The notes under the pieces: model-generated
Seen by the model: only the letters and a program-made list of their open reading frames with translations
Databases searched by the model: none
Told to the model about the DNA's origin: nothing
Shown: one piece after another, positions 48,888-57,752 of the stretch
Layout: each line of letters begins with the position of its first letter
Numbering within the stretch: position 1 is the first letter of the stretch
Translations under genes and position numbers: made by a program
Assembly (NCBI GenBank): GCA_949289845.1
Contig: CASEPN010000004.1
Location: forward strand, 69-64,068
Source: an uncultured Bacillota bacterium
Lineage (GTDB): Bacteria > Bacillota_I > Bacilli_A > RFN20 > CAG-826
Length of the DNA stretch: 64,000 nucleotides
Direction of reading: 5' to 3'

Positions 48888-48916
48888 GAAGCATCGGCCC
48901 CCTTCCGGGGGCTTTT

Positions 48917-49816
48917 TCAGTCCTCGCGGAGAGGCCTTCCGTCCTTGTCGTAGTTCTCCGATGACCCTTTCTTCCCGGGGTCGATGAGGATGAGTCTCCG
49001 GAGGGCGCTTTCGAGCTTCCCGAACTCCTCCTTGCCCTTCCGTCTCCGTTCCTCGTCCCTTTTCCTCGTCGTTTCGGGGATGTAGGAGAGGATTTCCGCC
49101 TTCTTCCCGGCGTAGACCGCCTTGGCCTTCCTTCGGATCGCCTCGTAGCGAGCCTCGATCCCGCTTTCCCTGGCAAGCTCCCTTGCCTTTCCGAAAAGGT
49201 TCAGCGACCTGACGAGGTCATAGAGGAAGACGCCGTAGATCCCTCCCATGAAGAAGAGGAAGAGGAAGTTCACCGCGTCTCCGGCCGTTCCTCCTTCGAA
49301 TAGGTAATGGAACATCGCCTGGAACATCTCGTAGATGAAGGGCCCCGCCCCGTAGTAGTAGAGCACGTCCACGACGAGCCAGATGAGGGAGAAGAGAGGG
49401 CAGACGACGCCGAGGAGGTTCCCTCTCATGTTCCGGTAGTCCCAGAGCCTGACATGGAAGCCCTTGACGAAGATGAGGCCCGCGAGGAACTCGAGGAGGA
49501 CGAGGGAAATCCAGATGCATCCGATGGGGACGAGGTCCCATGCCGTCGCCCCGGATGCCTCCTCCCTCCCGAACATCCCTCCCATAGGGTTATATAAGGG
49601 AACGGAGTCGGGGAGAAGGACGTAGAACATCCAGCAAAGGGAAAGCATCACGAGGATCCCGAAGCCGTATAGAGGGAGCCACGGGCCTTCCATGAAGCCA
49701 GGGTTCACCCACTTCTTCGCCGAGAAGAACCTCCGGAAGATGACTTCGAGGAGATAGCCTCCCATCGATCCCACGAGGAAGATGAGGAGGAACACCATCA
49801 AGTACTTGCTTGCCAT
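48917..49816 (-). CDS. putative ABC transporter permease (CmpB/TMEM229-like membrane protein)
   Basis: GYLLEV..R, NPGF..GPWLPLYGFG, LWDY....N..G.VC..FS..W. Confidence 0.8.
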   Translation of the reverse strand: MASKYLMVFLLIFLVGSMGGYLLEVIFRRFFSAKKWVNPGFMEGPWLPLYGFGILVMLSLCWMFYVLLPDSVPLYNPMGGMFGREEASGATAWDLVPIGCIWISLVLLEFLAGLIFVKGFHVRLWDYRNMRGNLLGVVCPLFSLIWLVVDVLYYYGAGPFIYEMFQAMFHYLFEGGTAGDAVNFLFLFFMGGIYGVFLYDLVRSLNLFGKARELARESGIEARYEAIRRKAKAVYAGKKAEILSYIPETTRKRDEERRRKGKEEFGKLESALRRLILIDPGKKGSSENYDKDGRPLRED

Positions 49817-49987
49817 GCCTGATTCTGACCCCAATGGGCGAAGGATGCCAGCGGAAGCTTGATCAAGCGAGCGCTTTCCTTCCGTTATTCAAATTTCTTT
49901 CCTAGGAAAGAGGACTTTTGCAAGGTTATCGGAATAGCAAGGAAAACCGCTCTACACTCCTTTGTTTTGCCGGGATAAAGTTTGAGC

Positions 49988-50488
49988 ATGGAAAGGGATG
50001 AAAAGGACTATCTCGAGCATTGCCTTGCTCTCCTGAAGGAACGTGGCGTGACCGTGGAGGACATCGCCGACTGCGCCCGCTACCTCCAGAGCGGCTACCA
50101 CCATTCCCTGAAGACAGAGGAGCTTTGCCTGAGCGTCCTCAAGGTCCTGGAGAAAAGGGAGGTGCAGTTCGCCGTCATGACGGGCATCGCCCTGGATAAG
50201 GCCGCCGAGCAGGGCCTTCTCCCCGACAAGGAGCTGGAAGGGCTCCTCATGGAGGATGCGCCCCTCTACGGGGTGGACGAGGTGCTCGCCTACGGGATCT
50301 GCAACACGTACGGCTCGATCGCCCTTACCAACTTCGGTTTCATCGACAAGGACAAATACGGGATCATCCGGAAGCTGAACGAGGCCGGGAAGGGGACCGG
50401 TCGCTGCAACACCTTCCTGGACGACCTCGTCGGAGCGATTGCCGCTTCCGCGGCCTCGCGCTTCGCCCATAACGTGGAGGAGGAATAG
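49988..50488 (+). CDS. phosphatidylglycerophosphatase A family protein (YutG-like)
   Basis: KREVQ, YGVDE, YGSIA.TNFG..DK.K.GII, TFLDD. Confidence 0.87.
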   Translation: MERDEKDYLEHCLALLKERGVTVEDIADCARYLQSGYHHSLKTEELCLSVLKVLEKREVQFAVMTGIALDKAAEQGLLPDKELEGLLMEDAPLYGVDEVLAYGICNTYGSIALTNFGFIDKDKYGIIRKLNEAGKGTGRCNTFLDDLVGAIAASAASRFAHNVEEE

Positions 50489-50491
50489 GAA

Positions 50492-51304
50492 ATGCCAGGC
50501 GCAAACTTCGGGAACCCGACCTTCGTCGCGGAATTCGTCCTCGCGATATTCATCTTCCTCGGGATCGACGCCCTGCTCTTCCTCATCGTGAAGAGGTGGG
50601 CCGCCACGCTTTCCCTCCTCATCCCCGAATTCTTCGCCCTTCTCTTCTACTGCGTGGGCATGCCATTGCTCGGGCTTTTCTTCCTTATCCTCATGGGTGT
50701 CGCCGCGGTGCTCGTTCTCTTCGTCAACATGAACGTTTTCCGCGGATATCTCTCGAACCGTGGGGATTCTGCATTGTTCCGCCTGAGCGCAAGGAAGAAG
50801 AGGAAGGAGCCGGAGCGCCTTTACGACCAGGACGCCTTCCTTGAGAAGCTCGTCCTTGCCGCGATGAACATGTCCAGGCTCCGGAGAGGCGCCCTCATCA
50901 CGATCGAGAGGAAGGACGACATCCTCGACGAGGCCAAGCTCGGCGAGGTGATCCGCCAGAAAGGGGTGCGGATCGACGCCCCCTTCGTCCCTGAGCTCGT
51001 CGAGACCATCTTCTACGAGGGGACAAGGCTTCATGACGGGGCCATCGTCGTCAAGGACGGGATCATCCTTCGCGCGGCCGTCTTCTTCGCCGCCACGGAG
51101 CGCCCCCTGAACGGCAAGTATGGCTCCCGCCACCAGGCCGCCATCGGAATCAGTGAGAAATCCGACTCCGTCACCCTTGTCGTCAGCGAGGAGACGGGTC
51201 GCATCGCGATCGCCTTCCAGGGCGAGCTGACCCACGTGACGCCGGATAACCTCCTCCGCGTCCTCGAGGACGACCTCTCCTACTCCGAGGACGAGGAAGA
51301 CTAG
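50492..51304 (+). CDS. cdaA: diadenylate cyclase CdaA
   Basis: Three N-terminal TMs, GALI, LHDGA, GSRHQAA, VSEETG; next to glmM. Confidence 0.88.
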   Translation: MPGANFGNPTFVAEFVLAIFIFLGIDALLFLIVKRWAATLSLLIPEFFALLFYCVGMPLLGLFFLILMGVAAVLVLFVNMNVFRGYLSNRGDSALFRLSARKKRKEPERLYDQDAFLEKLVLAAMNMSRLRRGALITIERKDDILDEAKLGEVIRQKGVRIDAPFVPELVETIFYEGTRLHDGAIVVKDGIILRAAVFFAATERPLNGKYGSRHQAAIGISEKSDSVTLVVSEETGRIAIAFQGELTHVTPDNLLRVLEDDLSYSEDEED

Positions 51305-51336
51305 GAAAGAAAGCCTTCTTACTTATAATTTCCAAG

Positions 51337-52662
51337 ATGAAGCATCTTTTTGGGACGGACGGGATCCGCGGGGTAGCGAACGCGGACCTCACCTTGGACG
51401 TGGCCGCGCGCCTTGCCCGGGCGCTCGCCCTGACCCACAGGCAGATATACCTTGGGATGGACACCCGCGAGTCCTCGCCCATGTTCGCGGGGCAGATCAT
51501 CGCCTCCGCGCTTTCCGCGGGCGCCGATGTCTACGACATGGGCGTGGTGGGGACGCCTGGCGTGGCCTATACCCTCGCCTCCCTTAGGAGCCCCCATCCG
51601 ATCGGCATCGTCGTCACCGCCTCCCATAACCCCTACCAGGATAACGGCCTCAAGGTGATTGCCTCCGGAGGAGGGAAGCTTCCCGTGGAGGAGGAGAGGA
51701 GACTCGAAGGGGCGATGGCCTATTCCGGCCTCGAGCAGGTTAAGAACCCGGGTGTGGGCCAGTATGTCTCCGGGAAAAGCCTTCGGACCGACTACATCGA
51801 TCACCTCAAGACCATCTGCCCTCGCGCTTCCTATGAGGGGACGCTCATACTGGACTGCGCCAATGGCGCCCTGAGCGCCTACGCCTCCTCGGTCTTCCAC
51901 GCCCATGGGATCAAGACGAGCATCACCGCGAATCGTCCCGATGGGCGGAACATCAACGCCGGCGTGGGAGCGACCTCCATCGACCAGACGAGAAGGAAGG
52001 TGTTTCGGGACGAGGCGAGGCAGAAGGACCTCCTCATCGCCTTCGACGGCGATGGGGACCGCCTCATGATGGCCCTTCCGAGCGGGACGGTCATCGACGG
52101 GGACGCCCTTTCCTACCTCGTGCTCAAGGCGGAGCTCGAGCAGGGAAGGCAAGGGGACTTCGGGATCGCCCTGACGAAGATGTCCACCCTCGGCACCATC
52201 CGTTCCATCCGGGCCCTGGGCGTTGAGCCGGTGATCACCGACGTGGGTGACCGCGCCCTTGCCGAGGCGCTTCGAGACGGTGGCTTCCTCCTAGGGGCGG
52301 AGCAATCCGGGCACGTCATCTTCCCAGAGGAGATGCCCACAGGGGACGGCATCCTCACCGCCCTCCGCTTCCTGAGCCTCTACCATAGCGAGCGCGAGAT
52401 CCGCTGGGCGCTGAAGACCTACCACCCCAGCTACCAGGAGCTGATGAACTTCTCGTTCCGCTCCCGCGAGGACCTCGGTAATTTCGTCGAGAGCACTGCC
52501 TACCGGAAGTTCGTCGCCCTGTTCGGGAAGGAAGGGGACTCCCGGGTGTTCATCCGCCCGAGCGGCACGGAGCCTGTCCTCCGCGTCCTCCTCGATTTCC
52601 CGAGCAAGCTCGAGGCAGCCGAGGCTAGGGCGAGGATCATGGACTTCATGGAGGCTCGCTAG
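51337..52662 (+). CDS. glmM: phosphoglucosamine mutase
   Basis: FGTDGIRG, TASHNP, FDGDGDR, GAEQSGH, RPSGTEP. Confidence 0.92.
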   Translation: MKHLFGTDGIRGVANADLTLDVAARLARALALTHRQIYLGMDTRESSPMFAGQIIASALSAGADVYDMGVVGTPGVAYTLASLRSPHPIGIVVTASHNPYQDNGLKVIASGGGKLPVEEERRLEGAMAYSGLEQVKNPGVGQYVSGKSLRTDYIDHLKTICPRASYEGTLILDCANGALSAYASSVFHAHGIKTSITANRPDGRNINAGVGATSIDQTRRKVFRDEARQKDLLIAFDGDGDRLMMALPSGTVIDGDALSYLVLKAELEQGRQGDFGIALTKMSTLGTIRSIRALGVEPVITDVGDRALAEALRDGGFLLGAEQSGHVIFPEEMPTGDGILTALRFLSLYHSEREIRWALKTYHPSYQELMNFSFRSREDLGNFVESTAYRKFVALFGKEGDSRVFIRPSGTEPVLRVLLDFPSKLEAAEARARIMDFMEAR

Positions 52663-52663
52663 G

Positions 52664-54400
52664 ATGTGCGGGATCGTCGGGGCTGCCGCTAGCTTCCCGA
52701 TGAGGGATTTCCTTCTAAAAAGCCTTTCAAAATTGCAATATCGTGGCTATGACTCCGCGGGAGTGGCCTATTTCGATGAGGTTGCCGCCATCCATGCCTA
52801 TCGGACGGTGGGTTCTGTCGAGATGCTGGAAGGGATGCTTCCCTCTTTCTCCTCGCGCCTTGCGATCGGCCATACCCGCTGGGCGACGAACGGGCTTCCG
52901 AGCCTGAAGAACGCCCATCCCCAGACCTCGCTCCATGGGCTCGTCACCCTCGTCCATAACGGCATCATCGAGAACGAGCAGACCCTGAGGACATTCCTGG
53001 AGAAGAGGGGCTATTCCTTCCGCTCCTCCACGGACACCGAGCTCATCGCGGACTTCCTTGAGGTCTCCCTTTCGGACGGAAACATGCCGGAGGAGGCCCT
53101 TTCCTCTCTCTTCCGTTTCCTGGAAGGTTCCTTCGCGCTGGCCATTCTCATTAAGTCCTTTCCCGGTAAACTCTATTTCGCGAAGCAGTCCTCGCCCCTT
53201 GTGCTGGGGCGCGGGGAATGCGGGCATCTCGTCGCGAGCGACCCCGCCGCCTTGGTGGGCTACGCGGATTCCTTCTACGACCTTGAGGACGGCTATTACG
53301 GCTACGTTTCGGAAGAGGAGGCGAAGCTTTATCTCGACGGCAGGGAGATCCCGCCTTCCTTCAAGGAAAGGAACCTGGGGAAGTACGAGATCGACCTCAG
53401 GGGCTACCCCCACTTCATGATCAAGGAGATCGAGGAGGAGCCCGAGGTCCTCATGGGGCTGAAGGAGGCCATCCAGGCGATTCCGGAAGACTTAGTCAGC
53501 CTTGTTAGGGAAGCGTCCAGCATCTCGCTCATCGGGTGCGGGTCGAGCTTCCACGCGGCCCTTCTTGCCGCCAGGGCGGCCAGGAGGCTCGGGAAGAGGG
53601 CGAACGCCATCCCCGGGAGCGAGTTCACCATCGATCCCCCGCCCTTCGAGGACGGGGCCATCTTCTTCCTCCTCTCCCAGTCCGGCGAGACGGTCGACAT
53701 CCTCGACGTGCTTCCCCTTCTCCCGAAAGGAAGGGCGATCGCGGTCACCAACGCCCCCCATAGCAGGCTTGCCCGCGAAAGCGCCCATCACCTGTTCCTC
53801 GACGTCGGGGCGGAAGTCGCCGTCGCCGCGACCAAGACCTTCCTCGGCGAGGTGGCCCTCCTCAACGGGCTTTTCCTAAGGGCCTCGGGGAAGGGAGGGA
53901 CAGAAGGGATCGACGAGACATCGCGCTCTCTCCGTGAGGTGATCGCCAGGAAGCACGAGATCCGCTCTACCGCCTCCGCCATCGCAAGGGCCGGACACCT
54001 TTACTTTATCGGGCGCGCAGAGGGGAACGAGGCCGCGATGGAGTGCGCCCTCAAGGTCAAGGAGGTCGCCTGCTTCCGCTGCGAGTCCTTCCCGAGCGGG
54101 GAGCTGAAGCACGGTCCGATCGCCCTCATCGAGAAAGGCACGCCTCTCGTCGCCTTCTCCACCGGAAGAGGAGAGGCGATGGTGAGGCTGAATGCGAGGG
54201 AGGCCGAGGCCAGGGGAGCCTCTGTCCTCTTCCTCGGAAGCAGGAAGGAGGACGACTTCCCGATCGATTCCCTTCCGGGCGTCCTCGAGGCGCTCCCGCT
54301 CGTCTGCTACGGGCAGCTTCTCTCCTACTTCCTCGCCCTCGAGCTCGGGAAGCCTTGCGACAGGCCGAGGAACCTCGCCAAGTCGGTGACGGTTCGCTGA
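52664..54400 (+). CDS. glmS: glutamine-fructose-6-phosphate transaminase
   Basis: MCGIVG, YRGYDSAG, GHTRWAT, SQSGET, PRNLAKSVTV. Confidence 0.96.
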   Translation: MCGIVGAAASFPMRDFLLKSLSKLQYRGYDSAGVAYFDEVAAIHAYRTVGSVEMLEGMLPSFSSRLAIGHTRWATNGLPSLKNAHPQTSLHGLVTLVHNGIIENEQTLRTFLEKRGYSFRSSTDTELIADFLEVSLSDGNMPEEALSSLFRFLEGSFALAILIKSFPGKLYFAKQSSPLVLGRGECGHLVASDPAALVGYADSFYDLEDGYYGYVSEEEAKLYLDGREIPPSFKERNLGKYEIDLRGYPHFMIKEIEEEPEVLMGLKEAIQAIPEDLVSLVREASSISLIGCGSSFHAALLAARAARRLGKRANAIPGSEFTIDPPPFEDGAIFFLLSQSGETVDILDVLPLLPKGRAIAVTNAPHSRLARESAHHLFLDVGAEVAVAATKTFLGEVALLNGLFLRASGKGGTEGIDETSRSLREVIARKHEIRSTASAIARAGHLYFIGRAEGNEAAMECALKVKEVACFRCESFPSGELKHGPIALIEKGTPLVAFSTGRGEAMVRLNAREAEARGASVLFLGSRKEDDFPIDSLPGVLEALPLVCYGQLLSYFLALELGKPCDRPRNLAKSVTVR

Positions 54401-54453
54401 ATTGGAAAAGAGGGGGCGTTTGCCTTAGAATTCAGGGAAAGCGAGGCAAGAAG

Positions 54454-55194
54454 ATGGCAACACCCCACATCAACGCGAGCAAAGGCGACTTCGCGAAGGT
54501 CGTCCTCATGCCCGGGGATCCCCTCCGGGCGAAGTGGATCGCGGAGAACTATCTTTCCGACGTCCGCCTTGTCAACGAGGTGAGGGGAGCGCTCGGCTTC
54601 ACGGGAAAGGGTCCCCGCGGAGGCCTTGTCTCCGTCATGGCAAGCGGCATGGGGATGCCCTCGATCGGCATCTACTCGCATGAGCTCTTCGCTGAGTTCG
54701 GCGTGGAAAGCATCATCCGCATCGGCACGATGGGCACCTACCAGCCGGACGTCGGCCTTCGTTCGATCGTCCTTGCCCAGGGGGCCTGCACCGACAGCAA
54801 CTGGATGGGCCAGCACGACCTTCGCGGAGGGACCTTTTCCGCGATCGCCGACTTCGGGCTTCTCCATAAGGCATATCTCGCCGCGAGAAAGAAAGGCCTC
54901 GAGGTGCACGTGGGGAACATCCTTTCCGCGGACATCTTCTACGACCATGACCCCTCGACTTGGAAGAAATGGGCCGGGCTCGGGGTGCTCGGGGTCGAGA
55001 TGGAGGCCTATGGGCTTTACGCGAACGCCGCCTCCATGGACAAGAAGGCGCTCGCCCTCCTGACCGTCACGGACAGCTTCCTCGGAGGAAAGAAGCTCAC
55101 GAGCGAGGAGAGGCAACTTGGCCTCGGCGAGATGGTGGAGACCGCCCTCCTGGTGGCCGAGAGCGAGGTTGGATGCCCTATTCTGTCAGACTGA
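54454..55194 (+). CDS. deoD: purine nucleoside phosphorylase DeoD
   Basis: MATPHI, MPGDPLRAK, GMGMPSIGIY, VEME. Confidence 0.95.
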   Translation: MATPHINASKGDFAKVVLMPGDPLRAKWIAENYLSDVRLVNEVRGALGFTGKGPRGGLVSVMASGMGMPSIGIYSHELFAEFGVESIIRIGTMGTYQPDVGLRSIVLAQGACTDSNWMGQHDLRGGTFSAIADFGLLHKAYLAARKKGLEVHVGNILSADIFYDHDPSTWKKWAGLGVLGVEMEAYGLYANAASMDKKALALLTVTDSFLGGKKLTSEERQLGLGEMVETALLVAESEVGCPILSD

Positions 55195-55796
55195 CGCTAT
55201 TCATCGTGGTGGCTGTGATCATCGGCCTCCTTTTCCTTGCTATCTTCCTGCTCCCTCCCCTGAGGCGCGCCCTATACCGCCGCCATCCCATGCGCATGTT
55301 CTACCGCCATGTGATGCGGACGGCCCGGGACGGCGACTACTACCTCATCAACGACTTCACCCTCAGGACGGGGAAGGAGGAGTTCATCCACGTGGATCAT
55401 CTCCTCGCCGGGGACAAGTACCTTTACGTCGTCACGGACCGCTACTACGAGGGCGCGGTGAACGCCAAGCCCGACGACTTCCGCTGGCTCCTCTACGAAC
55501 GGGGCGGGGGGAAGCGCTATGTCTCCAACCCCCTCGTCGAGAACAAGACGGCGATGGAGCGCCTTTCGATCCTGAGCGGAATCCCGACCTCCTATATGGT
55601 CGGCGTGGTGCTCGTGAACGATGACTGCTTCGTGAACCGCTACGACTCGGAGGACGGCGAGAACTTCCTGGTGAGCGAACGGAAGTTCGCGCGCCTTGTC
55701 CGCGATTTCGAAGGACGGGGGGTGGAGCCCTTCCGGAAGGAAGAGCTCTGGCAGACCGTCCAGGACCTTCATGAGCTGAAGGAAGGAGATAGGTAG
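55173..55796 (+). CDS. membrane-anchored NERD-like domain protein
   Basis: N-terminal TM; YLIND...HVDHLLAGDKYLYVV...W.....NPL. Confidence 0.7.
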   Translation: MPYSVRLTLFIVVAVIIGLLFLAIFLLPPLRRALYRRHPMRMFYRHVMRTARDGDYYLINDFTLRTGKEEFIHVDHLLAGDKYLYVVTDRYYEGAVNAKPDDFRWLLYERGGGKRYVSNPLVENKTAMERLSILSGIPTSYMVGVVLVNDDCFVNRYDSEDGENFLVSERKFARLVRDFEGRGVEPFRKEELWQTVQDLHELKEGDR

Positions 55797-55797
55797 G

Positions 55798-56901
55798 ATG
55801 GAAGAGGAAAAGAAATATCGCGCGAATCCGCGCGCGCTTTATCGGGAAACGGCTAGTTTCCTCCCGAAGGCGCTGAAAGGGCTATGGCCCATCTTCCTCA
55901 TCTCCGCGGTGTTCGCAGCGGCGGTCGGCTTCAGCGGCTACATGCCCGTGCTCCTCTTGCTGACGGTGCCCTTCATCCTTCTTCCTTTCTATGCTTCCCT
56001 CACGATCGGCGTCTCTCTCATCTCCCAAGGGAGAAATGCCGACGGGCGGACGCTTGGGAAAGGGCTCCTGGCCTATTTCCGGCCTCCTTTCTTCGGAAGC
56101 TACGGCATCACGAGGACGTTCATCTACGGGGCGCTCCTCCTCCTGCTCCTCGGGCCGGTGATCACCCTCATCGCCGCACTCACCGCCGAGAACTGGAACC
56201 CTGCCCTCATGGAGGAGATCGACGCCCTACTCTCGAGCCTTGGCTCTACGGGGAGCCTTGGGGTGAGCATCGAGGAGCTCCTCACGGAGTACCCCCAGCT
56301 CATGCTTTTCGAGAACGCGGTCCTCGCCTCGGAGCTCGGCGTCGTGTTCCTGCTTTATGTGCACCGGCAGAACCGGGCCGCCATCATCCCCCATATCGCC
56401 ATCCATCTCTCGAACCCCTCCCTGGCCAGGGCTATCTTCGAGCGAGCCTTCCACGGTCCCTATGGCCTTCGGAAGGACTACTACGTCGGGGCGCTCCCAG
56501 GCTACGTCGCACCTGCGCTTGGTTATGTGATCGGGGTCTTGATCGCCGCGTTCACGCCGCTTGGCCCGCTCTGGATGTCCGCCTTCGGGCTAATGCTCGG
56601 GCTCCTCTTCCATGTCCTTTCTCTCATCTGGCACCTTTCCTTCGTGGAAAGGCTCTTCGCGAAGTACGAGCCGCTCTTCCGCGAGGAGACGATCCTCCTC
56701 TTCCGCCAGAGCGCCGATCGCTACGAAGCCATGGGCGAGATGGGGCGCGAGTATGCCGAGAGGATCCGCGAGAGCCTTCGTGAGCAAGAAGAGAAGGGTT
56801 CTGAGGGGGAGGTTCCTGCCCCTGAGAAAGAAGAAGAGGCGCCCGAGGACAAGGGACGCCCGAGCCTTGACGACTACGGAAGGCGGGACGGAAGCGACTA
56901 G
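55798..56901 (+). CDS. hypothetical multi-pass membrane protein with acidic tail
   Basis: Several TM segments, coding-like codon bias, tight operon spacing. Confidence 0.8.
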   Translation: MEEEKKYRANPRALYRETASFLPKALKGLWPIFLISAVFAAAVGFSGYMPVLLLLTVPFILLPFYASLTIGVSLISQGRNADGRTLGKGLLAYFRPPFFGSYGITRTFIYGALLLLLLGPVITLIAALTAENWNPALMEEIDALLSSLGSTGSLGVSIEELLTEYPQLMLFENAVLASELGVVFLLYVHRQNRAAIIPHIAIHLSNPSLARAIFERAFHGPYGLRKDYYVGALPGYVAPALGYVIGVLIAAFTPLGPLWMSAFGLMLGLLFHVLSLIWHLSFVERLFAKYEPLFREETILLFRQSADRYEAMGEMGREYAERIRESLREQEEKGSEGEVPAPEKEEEAPEDKGRPSLDDYGRRDGSD

Positions 56902-57509
56902 CCCTTCCGGAAGATGAGCCCGAGCACCATCGGGATCGTCCTGAAGAAGATCACGAAATCCTGCCTGAAGGAGAAATTCCGTACATATTCCCCATCGTTT
57001 TTCGCTTTTTCAAGAATGTCGTGCCGGCATTCCATCCGGAGCTGGGCGAGGCCGGTGAGCCCGGGGCGCACTAGGAAGGGATCGTTCTCCTGGGCTTTCC
57101 TTGCCTCGTACAGGGGGACTTGGTACTTCGCTTCCATCATCGGACGCGGACCGATGAGGGACATGTCGCCTCGGAAGATGTTCCAAAGCTGGGGAAGCTC
57201 GTCCATCCGGCTCACGCGTAGGAAGCACGCGAACTTCGGAAGGACTTTTTTTGTTTCCTTCAGGTCTTCCGCTCCGACATGGGAGGGTGCATCCACCCTC
57301 ATCGTCCTGAATTTGTAGATGATGAAGGGCCTTTCGTCTCTCCCGAGCCTTACCTGTTTGAAAAGGATAGGACCAGGGGAGCCGGCTTTGACGAGGATCG
57401 CCCCAATCAGGAGGAAAGGGGAGGCGACAATTAGGCCAAGCCCGGAGACCAGGATGTCCATCGCTCGCTTGAAGAAGCGGAATCCGAGCGTGCCGGGCCT
57501 TCGTTTCAT
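56898..57509 (-). CDS. bacterial sugar transferase (priming phosphoglycosyltransferase, small PglC/WcaJ-type)
   Basis: KRAMDI, F.Q.R.G, KFRTM, DELPQL.N...GDMSLIGPRP, PGLTGLAQ. Confidence 0.92.
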   Translation of the reverse strand: MKRRPGTLGFRFFKRAMDILVSGLGLIVASPFLLIGAILVKAGSPGPILFKQVRLGRDERPFIIYKFRTMRVDAPSHVGAEDLKETKKVLPKFACFLRVSRMDELPQLWNIFRGDMSLIGPRPMMEAKYQVPLYEARKAQENDPFLVRPGLTGLAQLRMECRHDILEKAKNDGEYVRNFSFRQDFVIFFRTIPMVLGLIFRKG

Positions 57510-57577
57510 TCGCCGGGCAAATATACCGCGCGGGCAAGGGAAGAAAAAGCCCGGCGTCATCGCCGGGCGTCTTCTCC

Positions 57578-57651
57578 TGGAGCAAGTGACGGGAATCGAA
57601 CCCGCGTGTTAACCTTGGCAAGGTTACGTTCTACCATTGAACTACACCTGC
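57578..57651 (-). tRNA. tRNA-Gly(GCC)
   Basis: Reverse complement TAACC-TT GCC AA-GGTTA; CCA. Confidence 0.96.
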
Positions 57652-57752
57652 GCCGCTCCTCTCGAAGCGAAGCGATTATATAGAGGGTCCCTGGCGATGG
57701 CAAGAGAAAGCGACCGCTCCTATAATCTCCCCCGCGAAAGGAAGGTGTCCCT

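Noticed and set aside
57660-57752. T-box leader for gltX
   Set aside because: Only about 27 nt lie between TATAAT and ATG, and there is no T-box motif
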